A stretch of DNA of 57,180 nt, from contig JBDTAR010000024.1 of assembly GCA_039924545.1 (NCBI GenBank), forward strand, positions 1-57,180, read 5' to 3'. The notes under the pieces are model-generated. The model saw only the letters and a program-made list of their open reading frames with translations, ran no database searches and was not told the origin of the DNA. The translations under genes were made by a program, and so were the position numbers. Position 1 is the stretch's first letter. Every line of letters begins with the position of its first letter. Below, piece by piece: positions 31,459-40,625 of this stretch. This DNA is from Nakamurella sp. (GTDB lineage: Bacteria > Actinomycetota > Actinomycetes > Mycobacteriales > Nakamurellaceae).

Positions 31459-31740
31459 CTAGGCATGCATGCCGATGGAGAAGGCGTCGTCCCCGTCGCG
31501 CTTCGAATATGACCGAAACGCAATATGCGTGACGGTGCTCTTCACCCCGCGAACCCTGCCAATATGCTCCGGAATGATCGACGCGATGCCCTCATGATCG
31601 TCGGCCTGTACGACAGCGATGACATCAACATCCCCCGCACATGAGTAGACAGCCTGCACGCCGGCGAGATCTGCGATCGCCTGTGCCGCCTCGGAAATTT
31701 CGGTGGGCTCAATATCGATGAGCACGATCGCGGTGACCAT
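31459..31740 (-). CDS. Lrp/AsnC ligand-binding (RAM) domain protein without HTH
   Basis: MVTAIVLI...VYSCAGDVDVIAVV...TVTHIAFRSYS; 93 aa. Confidence 0.85.
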   Translation of the reverse strand: MVTAIVLIDIEPTEISEAAQAIADLAGVQAVYSCAGDVDVIAVVQADDHEGIASIIPEHIGRVRGVKSTVTHIAFRSYSKRDGDDAFSIGMHA

Positions 31741-31831
31741 GAAACTCCCCTTACAAAGCGATTGATGGCGTCTGGTGCATAACTGACGCCAGGCCGATCG
31801 TATCGTTGACCGCCAGCACAAGCGCGGTCGA

Positions 31832-33430
31832 TCATCGTGAGTCGAATTCCACCGCACGGTGTGCAGCCGAAACCAGGCTAGCGAAATCCCGCCACCGGCT
31901 CACGCCGTCGGCCGGAAGCGACCATCCCGCCGTGCTTCGGACGATACGGACACCGTGTCCTTCGACATGTGCCAGGATCGTCGCGGACTCTTCCGTGGAC
32001 GCGGCGGGGACATGGACGGGCCCGTCTAGCACCGATTCTGCTGACTCGACGAGAAGGTTGACTACCGGCATTGGATCGACGCCTCTGAGCGCCACGCCAG
32101 CGGCCACCAGTCGCCCGCGCCGCACAATGGTGATTTCCCACCCACCCGTCCCATTTGGAGTCGCAGTGATCAACTCGTCGATGCCGGTGAACGCCCGCAA
32201 CCGTTCCGACCGACCCAACTCGTCAATGATTGCCGCCAAATGGTCACGCGCTTGTGCTGCGGCGTCGTAGTGCCCTTCTGTCGATAGCAGTTCCATGTGG
32301 CGGCGCAGGTCGTTCAGGACGTCACCGACGCGACCCTCGGCCAGGTGTTCGGCGCCACGCACGGACCGAACCGCGTCGATGACGAGACGCCCAGCTGTCC
32401 GGGATGTGAACGGACCAAGCACGTTGTCGGTGGGTTCCGGTCGTATAGCAGTGAGTGTCATTAAGCGACTCGGTGCCGGTCCGATCCGGAGCCAGTACAT
32501 GCGTTGTGGATGTTTCGATCGGCGGTTGTAGGGCGGTTGGTGGGCGGCGATGAGGCGCTGCTCCCGGACTTCACCTTCCAGCCGAGACGAGCACACGACG
32601 TAGTCGACATGGTCGGCTCGGAGCACCATCTCCTTGATGCGGCCCCGGGTCTCTGCAGCGGTGAAGTATGAGCGCACCCGAGAGCGCAGATCTCCGGATG
32701 TGCCTACGTAGAGGACAGCGTCATCGGCGGAACGGAACAAGTAGACGCCGGGGGCGGACGGGATCGAATCGGCTAAATGGCGCTTTCGCCGGCGGGCCGG
32801 GTCGACAGCCCGCTGAGCGTCGATGAGCCCGGACAGCGTGTCGACCCCAAGCGGCCCGACGCGCTCGATCAGGGCATGCAGTACATCGACGGTGGCCTGC
32901 GCATCGGCAAGCGCACGATGATTCGGTGTGACGCGCGCGCCCAGCGCTGCGGCAAGTACACCAAGCCGCACGCTCGGCAGTTCCGCACGAGTGAAAACAG
33001 TGCGCGCAAGGCGGACAGTGTCTAGCACCGTTGCGGCAGGCCAGGGGATATGGAGTCGCGCGCACGCCGCCCGCAGGAATCCAATATCAAACGGGGCATT
33101 GTGCGCCACTAATACACAACCCTGCGCGAATTCGAGAAAGCTTGGTATGACGGAGTTCTCGCGGGGCGCGTTTGCGACCATTGCGTCGGTGATCCCGGTG
33201 AGCATCACAATCTGTGGTGGTATGTGGCGCCCTGGGTTGACCAGAGTGGAAAACTCGCCCAGTACTTCGCCCCCGCGTACCTTCACGGCCCCGATCTCGG
33301 TGATCGCCTCAGATTTCGACGAACCGCCGGTCGTTTCAAGGTCTACAACGACGAACGTTTCCTCGCTCAGCGGTGGCTCGAGATCGTCGAACGAGGGCTG
33401 CGGGGCAGCTGCGGCGCGGCACACGGTCAT
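31832..33430 (-). CDS. DEDDh exonuclease-GIY-YIG/UvrC-like fusion (Rv2191 family)
   Basis: VVDLETTG, AHNAPFD, HRALADA, then PGVYLF..LYVG..LRSRVRSYF, PPYN and a UVR-like helix. Confidence 0.92.
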   Translation of the reverse strand: MTVCRAAAAPQPSFDDLEPPLSEETFVVVDLETTGGSSKSEAITEIGAVKVRGGEVLGEFSTLVNPGRHIPPQIVMLTGITDAMVANAPRENSVIPSFLEFAQGCVLVAHNAPFDIGFLRAACARLHIPWPAATVLDTVRLARTVFTRAELPSVRLGVLAAALGARVTPNHRALADAQATVDVLHALIERVGPLGVDTLSGLIDAQRAVDPARRRKRHLADSIPSAPGVYLFRSADDAVLYVGTSGDLRSRVRSYFTAAETRGRIKEMVLRADHVDYVVCSSRLEGEVREQRLIAAHQPPYNRRSKHPQRMYWLRIGPAPSRLMTLTAIRPEPTDNVLGPFTSRTAGRLVIDAVRSVRGAEHLAEGRVGDVLNDLRRHMELLSTEGHYDAAAQARDHLAAIIDELGRSERLRAFTGIDELITATPNGTGGWEITIVRRGRLVAAGVALRGVDPMPVVNLLVESAESVLDGPVHVPAASTEESATILAHVEGHGVRIVRSTAGWSLPADGVSRWRDFASLVSAAHRAVEFDSR

Positions 33431-33545
33431 GACTCCGAGGGTAGATCCACTCACCGACACGGTTTCAAGGAAACTATTCCGCCAGAATTCTCAGACGGAA
33501 TTATCGTGCAGGTTTTTCAAGCAAGATGAGGGAGGTGCGACTGAA

Positions 33546-34871
33546 ATGGGGGATTACGTGATGGCGGAACGTATCGACGGGCAGCAGAGCTGCGACGGTG
33601 TGCTGCAGTGGGAAGACCTTCCGGCCGAAGTTCGCACCGCGGCGGTCGATGCGGCGGCGCGGATTCTGGGATCCGTCGATGCGGGCCAGATTCCGGCCGC
33701 GCTCATGCAAGTCGCGCGATTCACTCCGGCGAAACGCGCGAAGCGGGGCTCGGTTCCGCTGGCCAAAGCGTTGGACGAGGATGCGTCGTTTCGAGCCATG
33801 GTCGCCGTGCGGCTACCGGCGTCGTTTGGCGCTGACCCGGCGGATCCTGTTCGGGCGTGCGCGCGTGCTTTCATCGTGCGGTTACCGCACAGTCAAGACC
33901 TGCTTGCTGCCGCGGTCCGGGCCGACACGCTCACTGAGCTTCGTGAGCGGATTGTGGACTTAACCGCCACTGTTGAGTCACTGCTTGGGCAGCTGGGTGC
34001 CGCCGAGGCCGTCTTGCCGCCCTCGGCCGTGAACGACGAAGCGCTTGCGAGCGGCGCAACGGCACGGGCCGAGATCGATAAGCTCCGTGCTCGCCTTCGG
34101 CTTCAAGGCACGCGAATGCGGGAGATTGAGGACCAAGCGCACGGGCGGATCGCGGAGGCTGAGACAGCGCGCAATGAGGCGGCGGCGCGTTTAGAGCGGG
34201 AGCAGGCTCACACCACGAAGTGGGAGCAAAAGTTAGCGCAGGAATCGCGCCGCGCCGATCTCGCGCAGGAGGCTTTAGAGCGCCAGCGAGCACACGTGAC
34301 GCAAACGCGACTGGATGCGGATCGCCGAATGAGTCTGCTGCTCGACACTGTGATCGATGCTGCGGCTGGTTTGAAGCGTGAGTGGCGGCTGGCGACCGGT
34401 GGGGCGGATCCTGCTGAGGTTGTAGTGCGCGATTACGCCAACCCTGGGCCGCGCCCGATGCGGCCGGTCGACGCGGCGTTGCTCTTGCAGTGGTTAAAGC
34501 TCCCGGGGGCGCATCTGATCGTCGACGGGTACAACGTGACTAAAACCGGGTATGGAGAGTTGTCGTTGGCACATCAGCGAGACCGCCTCACCCGCTCGTT
34601 GACGACCCTGGCCACCCGGACCGGTGCCGAGGTCACTGTCGTATTCGACGGAGCAGCAGTAGTAGTGCCCACCTCATCCACGCGAGAGGTTCGGGTGGTC
34701 TTCTCGCCGCCGGGCATCATCGCGGATGACGTCATACGGGACATGGCGGCCGCCGAACCGATCGGGCGAGTGGTGGTTGTGGTCAGTTCGGATCGCGAAG
34801 TGGCCGACAGTGTTCGACGGACCGGCGCGCGAGTCGCCGCATCCGCGGTTTTGCTGTCGGCTTTAGCGTGA
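33546..34871 (+). CDS. Coiled-coil plus NYN (YacP/Rae1-like PIN fold) protein
   Basis: HLIVDGYNV, VVFDG, ADDVI, VVSSDREV; GGAGGTG RBS before ATG 33546. Confidence 0.9.
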   Translation: MGDYVMAERIDGQQSCDGVLQWEDLPAEVRTAAVDAAARILGSVDAGQIPAALMQVARFTPAKRAKRGSVPLAKALDEDASFRAMVAVRLPASFGADPADPVRACARAFIVRLPHSQDLLAAAVRADTLTELRERIVDLTATVESLLGQLGAAEAVLPPSAVNDEALASGATARAEIDKLRARLRLQGTRMREIEDQAHGRIAEAETARNEAAARLEREQAHTTKWEQKLAQESRRADLAQEALERQRAHVTQTRLDADRRMSLLLDTVIDAAAGLKREWRLATGGADPAEVVVRDYANPGPRPMRPVDAALLLQWLKLPGAHLIVDGYNVTKTGYGELSLAHQRDRLTRSLTTLATRTGAEVTVVFDGAAVVVPTSSTREVRVVFSPPGIIADDVIRDMAAAEPIGRVVVVVSSDREVADSVRRTGARVAASAVLLSALA

Positions 34872-35342
34872 CCGTTTCCCCGTGACAGCTTCATCCTTGA
34901 AATTCTCTCCCTTGCGAGTCCAGTGACCGATTGGAGGTTCGCGTCACCACGGAGCTGGAGATCTGACTGTCTGACCCGACCGACTGAAGGGATCAATGAC
35001 GCTGAATCGGTCACACCGTTGCGTCATTGTGATCTAAGTCATAAGCATGTTTCCTCATGACCTCGCCATTGTTCGGTTAATTAATTCCCATCAGTAGGTA
35101 AAGCTTCTGCCAAAAAAACTGCGCAGAGCAAAGGATCGCTACACACCGTGCAAACCACGTGCGCCGGAATTCGTGATGCGCAGCCGTCGTGGGTATCTGG
35201 CAATCGGCACTGAGTCTGGTGTTTCTGCAGGTCGGTGATCTTGTCAAGGCCTGTTCGGAGCATTTGTGGGTCAGTCGGCGAGTGAAAATCATTTTCCATT
35301 GGACCCGGGACGTGTTCATCTCGTAACCTAAACGAGACCTTC

Positions 35343-35365
35343 GTAGGACGGTCAGTAGGACGGTC
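35343..35365. repeat. 11-bp direct repeat GTAGGACGGTC x2
   Basis: gtaggacggtc-a-gtaggacggtc just downstream of a TAACCT -10 candidate (35324-35329). Confidence 0.75.
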
Positions 35366-35374
35366 CCGAAGGCA

Positions 35375-35503
35375 CCGCCGAATCGACGAGGAGCCCAGAG
35401 CAGGATTCCGAGATAGCGAGTGGGGTACATCGCGGTCAGACGCGGATGTGGATTTGCCCGATGTTGATGCGCGGGCCCCCAACAGGCGGCATGGAAGAAA
35501 GGG
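35375..35503 (+). promoter_or_regulatory. Structured 5' leader resembling a degenerate c-di-AMP (ydaO) riboswitch
   Basis: CCGCCGAATC...TGGGGT..ATC...GCCCG...AGGCGGCATGGAAGAAAGG outline with five complementary stem pairs; upstream of NlpC/P60; core motifs absent. Confidence 0.5.
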
Positions 35504-35511
35504 CGTCACCC

Positions 35512-36843
35512 TTGGCGACGCAGGATCCTGCAGACTGCAGTGCGGTTGCGACGAGGCAAATTGTGGTGCGCCGAGGCTTGCATTCCTTCAGTCCTCGTCG
35601 GTTGACGCCCGCTGTGACGAAGCGTGGTCTGCGTGCCGCGCTGACTACTGCGGCAACTGCCGCCCTGGTGAGCACGCTCATTGCCGTCCTTCCAGCGGCT
35701 GCTGAGCCCGGCAGCACCACTCCCAGTAGTACTACAGCGTCGTCTTCCGTTTCCACGTCGGTTCCGACCAACGTCACCGAAGCAAAGCAGGCCTGGCTCG
35801 ACGCAGCCTCGCAATCCGAAGCAGCAAACGAGGCGCTCCTCACCGCACAAGTGGCCCAGAAATTGGCTTTGCAGGGTGTCGCTGACGCCAAGGTCGCGTT
35901 GTCTCAAGCCACATTGAACGCGAGTACCGCTCAGGCTGCTTCTGTCCAGGCGTCCGCCCAATACGCGGCCTATCGGGGTGACCTCGCTCAATTCGCGAGT
36001 GCAAGCTTCCGCGGTGCCAGGCTCGGACAGCTATCAGCGCTCCTCACCGCCGAATCGACGTCGGACTACCTAGATGAGATTTCGTCGCTCGACCAGGTCG
36101 CTGGTAGTACGCGTGTCCTTTTGGACGCGGCGTTCGCGGCTAAAGATACGGCCACGGCCGCGACTGACGCTGCCAGTAATGCAGAGGCGGAAGCAACCGC
36201 AGCAGCGGATAGTGCCAATCAGGCTTTGACTAACGCCACTGCGGCGACCAAGAAAGTCGCCGACCAGAAGTCGACGTTGGACCAGCAGGTAGAGGTCTAC
36301 CACCGGTTGTTCTCCTCGCTGAGCGGACAGGAACGCCAAGCGGCGATGCAATCCCAGCAGGCCGCATGGGAACTGCAGTCCCAGGCCGCAGCGGCGCAGC
36401 AGGGTTCTGAAGCTCAGATTTCCCAGCAGGCGGGTGCCGGCGCCGCCGTAGCAGAAAGCAGCGACACCAGTGCCGCGGTCGATACGGCAAGCCCCAAGGC
36501 TCAGATTGCAATACAGGCGGCGCTCACTACTCTCGGCCTGCCCTACGTGTTCGGCGCAAGCGGCCCTAATGCTTACGACTGCTCAGGACTGACATCATGG
36601 GCGTGGGCGCAGGCCGGCGTCTCGCTGCCGAGGACATCAGCCAGCCAGGCAGGGCTTCCAGTAGTTCCGCTCGACCAGCTGCGGCCCGGTGACCTCATTA
36701 CCTATTACTCCCCGGTTCACCATGTCGCGCTCTACATCGGAAATGGTCAGATCATTCAGGCATCGACTGAAGGGGTACCGGTGTACATCACGAGCATGTA
36801 CCGCGGCGGTCCGTACCCTGTTGGGCACCGCGTGAATTACTGA
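35512..36843 (+). CDS. NlpC/P60 (C40) peptidoglycan endopeptidase with coiled-coil N-terminus (RipC-like)
   Basis: Signal-like segment, Ala-rich coiled coil, LGLPYVFGASGPNAYDCSGL, HVALY; TTG 35512 after GAAAGGG (start uncertain). Confidence 0.93.
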   Translation: MATQDPADCSAVATRQIVVRRGLHSFSPRRLTPAVTKRGLRAALTTAATAALVSTLIAVLPAAAEPGSTTPSSTTASSSVSTSVPTNVTEAKQAWLDAASQSEAANEALLTAQVAQKLALQGVADAKVALSQATLNASTAQAASVQASAQYAAYRGDLAQFASASFRGARLGQLSALLTAESTSDYLDEISSLDQVAGSTRVLLDAAFAAKDTATAATDAASNAEAEATAAADSANQALTNATAATKKVADQKSTLDQQVEVYHRLFSSLSGQERQAAMQSQQAAWELQSQAAAAQQGSEAQISQQAGAGAAVAESSDTSAAVDTASPKAQIAIQAALTTLGLPYVFGASGPNAYDCSGLTSWAWAQAGVSLPRTSASQAGLPVVPLDQLRPGDLITYYSPVHHVALYIGNGQIIQASTEGVPVYITSMYRGGPYPVGHRVNY

Positions 36844-36877
36844 GTCGGCCCCGGCCGCCTCGGTTCGCGCCCTGCCT

Positions 36878-37999
36878 GTGCGACGCACGCTTCTCGTCAC
36901 CAACGATTTCCCTCCGCGAGTCGGGGGTATTCAGTCGTACGTTCACGAACTCGCGTCCCGCCTGGCTGCTGATCGACTGACGGTCCTTGCCTCCGACTAT
37001 CCGGGGTCGGCGCAGTTCGACCGTGATCAGCCGTTTGCAGTTGTGCGCTATCCAAGTTCGATGCTGCTGCCGACTGCTGGCGTCAAGCGGATGGCTGCGG
37101 ATCTGATTCGCAGTAACCGGATCGACGCCGTCTGGTTCGGCGCGGCGGCCCCGCTCGGGCTGATGACACCGTACCTGCGCAGCGTCGGCATCCATAAGGT
37201 CGTCGCCTCCACTCACGGACATGAAGTTGGCTGGTCGATGCTGCCCGGAACGCGACAGATGCTCCGGCGCATCGGCTCTGAGTCGGATGTCGTCACATTT
37301 GTCAGTAGGTACTCGCGACGGAGGATCTCTGTCGCCTGCGGACCGAACGCCGCGTTGGAGGCGCTCAGTCCGGGCGTCGACGCCACGCTGTTTCGGCCGG
37401 ACTCGGCGGCTCGCGCCCAAATCCGCTCGCGCTACGGTCTCGGTGACGCGCCCACGGTCGTGTGCGTCTCGCGGCTGGTGCCCCGCAAGGGCCAGGACGT
37501 ACTCATCGCAGTGTGGCCCACCGTGGTGCGCTCGCACCCAGGCGCGCGCCTGCTGATTGTCGGCGGCGGATCTGACGAGACGAGAATCCGGAAACTTGCG
37601 GCGGGCTCTGTGGTGTCCCATCTCATCACCCTTACTGGGCGGGTGCCGTACGCCGAGCTTCCCGCGCATTACCAAGCCGGAGATATCTTCGCGATGCCCT
37701 GCCGGACGCGCGGCAGGGGCCTGGACGTTGAAGGGCTGGGCATTGTATTTCTGGAAGCCTCTGCGTGTGGCCTTCCGGTCATTGCGGGGGCCTCGGGCGG
37801 TGCCCCGGAAACCGTCATCGATGGCGAGACAGGACTTGTCGTCAACGGCCGCAGTCAATCCGATCTGGCGCGGGCACTGGTGCGGCTGCTGGCCGATCCG
37901 GATCTCGCTGCCCGGTGGGGAGCGGCGGGCCGGACGTGGGTTCGAACCCAGTGGACATGGGCGGCGTCCGCAGAGCGGTTGGCGGCTCTCCTTGACTGA
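36878..37999 (+). CDS. pimB: GT4 mannosyltransferase (PimB'/Rv2188c family)
   Basis: LLVTNDFPPRVGGIQSY, SRLVPRKGQD, EGLGIVFLEA. Confidence 0.88.
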   Translation: MRRTLLVTNDFPPRVGGIQSYVHELASRLAADRLTVLASDYPGSAQFDRDQPFAVVRYPSSMLLPTAGVKRMAADLIRSNRIDAVWFGAAAPLGLMTPYLRSVGIHKVVASTHGHEVGWSMLPGTRQMLRRIGSESDVVTFVSRYSRRRISVACGPNAALEALSPGVDATLFRPDSAARAQIRSRYGLGDAPTVVCVSRLVPRKGQDVLIAVWPTVVRSHPGARLLIVGGGSDETRIRKLAAGSVVSHLITLTGRVPYAELPAHYQAGDIFAMPCRTRGRGLDVEGLGIVFLEASACGLPVIAGASGGAPETVIDGETGLVVNGRSQSDLARALVRLLADPDLAARWGAAGRTWVRTQWTWAASAERLAALLD

Positions 38000-38076
38000 C
38001 GCGGCTGAAATGCGGCTGAATGCGACTCAGCGGCAGCCGGGCGCAAGTGATCCCAGCGCCGCGGTAGCGTGAGCGG

Positions 38077-38994
38077 GTGCGGATCAGTGTGGTCGCCGAC
38101 GTTCACGGCAATTTCGACGCGTTGGCGCGAGTAGCGGAAAAATCCGAGAAATTGATCATCCTCGGCGACCTCCTCGACTATGTCGATTATCACGAACCAA
38201 CCCGAGGCATTTTGGGTGAAATGTTCGGCGAAGATAATGTTCGTCACTTCACCGTCCTGCGCTCGCAAGGTGCATTTGCCGAATTGCGGCAATTCAATGT
38301 GGACTTGTGGGGATCGATGGCGGACCCTGTCGGGGTGCTTTCGGGTATCGTGCAGCAGCGGTACCGGCGCGTGCTCGATTCGATCCCAGGCGACGCAGTG
38401 GTGACGCTCGGTAACGTCGACGTGGCCGAGGAATGGATTCGAGTGGCGGGGGATAGGGTGCCGTACCGCGACGATGAAATGATCGATATCGACGGCGTGA
38501 GTTTCGCATTCGTTGCGGGCGGGGTAAGTCGCCAGCCAGTGAGCGTGAACACATCGAACCGATCGAACCCGGCCAGCTCTGCGAGCGCACCAGGCACACT
38601 GAGCCCGCAGCTAGGCGCTGCCAAGATTAGTCCCTGGCGGCCGATGATGCGCTCGCAACAGGAATATCGCCAGATAGTGGACGGTCTGGGCCGTGCCGAT
38701 GTCCTGTGCAGCCATATCCCGCCCGATCTGCCATTACTGCGCTATGACACGGTGCCGGGCCGCATTGAAATGGCCGGCCCGGGCCTGACGGACTTCATGC
38801 GGCGCGTACGCCCCCAATTCGCGCTCTTCGGCCACGTACATCAACCGCTATCAGCGCGCACCCGATACGGCATGACGGAGTGCGTGAACGTTGGCCATTT
38901 CCAGCGGGTCGAACGCCCCTACATCATCGACACCGAACGAATCCGCGCGGCCCGCAGCGGGGCCACGGTCACCCGTATTCCCGTCGGACGGTAA
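38077..38994 (+). CDS. Metallophosphoesterase
   Basis: DVHG, GDLLD, GNVD, HIPP, GHVH. Confidence 0.88.
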   Translation: MRISVVADVHGNFDALARVAEKSEKLIILGDLLDYVDYHEPTRGILGEMFGEDNVRHFTVLRSQGAFAELRQFNVDLWGSMADPVGVLSGIVQQRYRRVLDSIPGDAVVTLGNVDVAEEWIRVAGDRVPYRDDEMIDIDGVSFAFVAGGVSRQPVSVNTSNRSNPASSASAPGTLSPQLGAAKISPWRPMMRSQQEYRQIVDGLGRADVLCSHIPPDLPLLRYDTVPGRIEMAGPGLTDFMRRVRPQFALFGHVHQPLSARTRYGMTECVNVGHFQRVERPYIIDTERIRAARSGATVTRIPVGR

Positions 38995-39066
38995 CGTCCC
39001 CGCTATGCATGAATCGTCAAAAAGGTCGGGGCCGACCGTGGGCTGGCAATGGGCGGAGTCGGTCGA

Positions 39067-40014
39067 GTGACGTCAATCGGCATCGACATCGGGGGAACCT
39101 CGGTGCGTGCGGGCGTAGTGACTCCAGATGGCGAACTGGTAGCCGAAATTGCGGACAGGACACCTGACACCGCAAAAGGTATCGAAGACCTGCTGGCCGG
39201 AATGGTGGGGCACCTCCGGGCGGGACGTGAGGTGACAGCGGTTGGTCTGGCTGTCGCCGGATTCATTTCTGCTGACTGCAGCCGCGTGATGTTTGCGCCG
39301 CACCTGGCATGGCGCGATAGCCCCGTCCCTGCGCGTCTTACTGAGCGGGTAGGCCTGCCGGTAGTGATGGACCACGACGTGAATTGCGCCGCGTGGGCCG
39401 AATATCGATCCGGCGCTGCTGCCGGTGCCCAGGTCAGCCTGGTCATTGCCGTTGGTACCGGCATCGGCGCCGGGCTCATCATTGATGGACATATCTACCG
39501 CGGCCGGTTCGGTGTCGCGCCGGAACTTGGCCACCTAACGGTCGTTCCCGATGGCAGGCTGTGCGGCTGTGGTAAGCGCGGCTGCCTGGAAAGATATTGC
39601 TCCGGAACGGCCCTCGTCGACGATGTGCGCATGCGGATAGGTGCTGGCGCTCAGACACCGCTGGCCGCGAAGATCGATTCACTCACCGGCCGCGCCGTCG
39701 GAGCGGCGGCGCGAGCGGGCGACACTGTCGCGATCGAGGCATTCGCCGAGCTCGGACGATGGCTGGGCGCAGGTATGGCTATCGCCGCGGACGTCCTCGA
39801 TCCCGAGATCATCGTCATAGGCGGTGGTGTCTCCTCGGCGGCGGAACTATTCCTGCCAGCGGCCGAGGCCGTCTTGAAGGAGCAGCTCACCGGCAGTGAG
39901 TATCGACCGGCACCGACGATAGCGGTCGCACACTTTGGGGCGGCTGCCAGCGCCATTGGCGCGGCGCTCATGGCGGACGAGCACTACTTAAGGCGCGTGC
40001 ACAACCGGGTTTAA
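39067..40014 (+). CDS. ROK-family glucokinase
   Basis: IGIDIGGT, DVNCAAWAE, GTGIGAG, ELGH...CGCGKRGCLE. Confidence 0.9.
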   Translation: MTSIGIDIGGTSVRAGVVTPDGELVAEIADRTPDTAKGIEDLLAGMVGHLRAGREVTAVGLAVAGFISADCSRVMFAPHLAWRDSPVPARLTERVGLPVVMDHDVNCAAWAEYRSGAAAGAQVSLVIAVGTGIGAGLIIDGHIYRGRFGVAPELGHLTVVPDGRLCGCGKRGCLERYCSGTALVDDVRMRIGAGAQTPLAAKIDSLTGRAVGAAARAGDTVAIEAFAELGRWLGAGMAIAADVLDPEIIVIGGGVSSAAELFLPAAEAVLKEQLTGSEYRPAPTIAVAHFGAAASAIGAALMADEHYLRRVHNRV

Positions 40015-40625
40015 ACGCGTGAACCGTTGTTCCAGCCGCCGCCATCGTTGTGGTGCCGGCGGAGTCCGTTGAACAGGATGCCGCCGCCGCCCAGGATCAA
40101 ACCCAGGCCGAGGATCGCTATCAGCTCAAACGACGCAGGCAACAGCACCGGAAATACGATGAGTACAAGACCCGCCACGATCATCGCTAATGCTCCCACC
40201 GTGCGCCGTTTCAGCCGTGGCATCTTCGGTGGCTCGGGCGCAACGTAATGTGCAGTGTCTGCGGCTCGGGCTGCAGACAGCTCCTCCTGCGCCTGTCGGA
40301 AAGCAACTAGTGACTCGGCGCGCTCTGCGCGGCGAATCTCACGGCGAAGGCGGCGGTCGTCAGCCGTATCCGGCGTCGCGTCGGCCCAGATGGAGTCGGG
40401 CGCGCGTGAAATGCTACGGGGTGGAGTGTTGTCGTCGGTCTGCGTGTCGCGACGCGAATTGGCATCCTGCGCGGTCGCCTCCCAGCGCATATCGCCGGTA
40501 ATTCCGGACACGATCGCGGTGAATTCCTTGTCCCAATCGTCCGGGGCTCCGCCTGACGGTACGGCGCTGCCATCGTCCTGGCGACCGTTGTCTCCCCGGT
40601 CCATGGGGGCGCCCGCAATGCTCAC
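40011..40625 (-). CDS. Hypothetical membrane protein
   Basis: D.EFTAIV, HYVAPEPP and two C-terminal TM helices; coupled to the esterase. Confidence 0.75.
   Translation of the reverse strand: MSIAGAPMDRGDNGRQDDGSAVPSGGAPDDWDKEFTAIVSGITGDMRWEATAQDANSRRDTQTDDNTPPRSISRAPDSIWADATPDTADDRRLRREIRRAERAESLVAFRQAQEELSAARAADTAHYVAPEPPKMPRLKRRTVGALAMIVAGLVLIVFPVLLPASFELIAILGLGLILGGGGILFNGLRRHHNDGGGWNNGSRV

Noticed and set aside
32928-33545. N-terminal extension making the NYN protein 647 aa
   Set aside because: Overlaps the DEDD gene antisense; a strong RBS places the start at 33546
31832-34871. DEDD plus NYN nucleases as an anti-phage defence island
   Set aside because: Embedded in conserved core synteny (trpD-Rv2191-like-NlpC-pimB') with no mobile or compositional signal
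35077-35509. Minus-strand ORFs of 117 and 142 aa in the NlpC upstream region
   Set aside because: No motifs or clear RBS; they overlap the promoter and leader of the plus-strand gene
36788-37858. 356-aa antisense ORF over pimB'
   Set aside because: Antisense shadow of a well-supported gene, Arg/His-rich composition with no motifs
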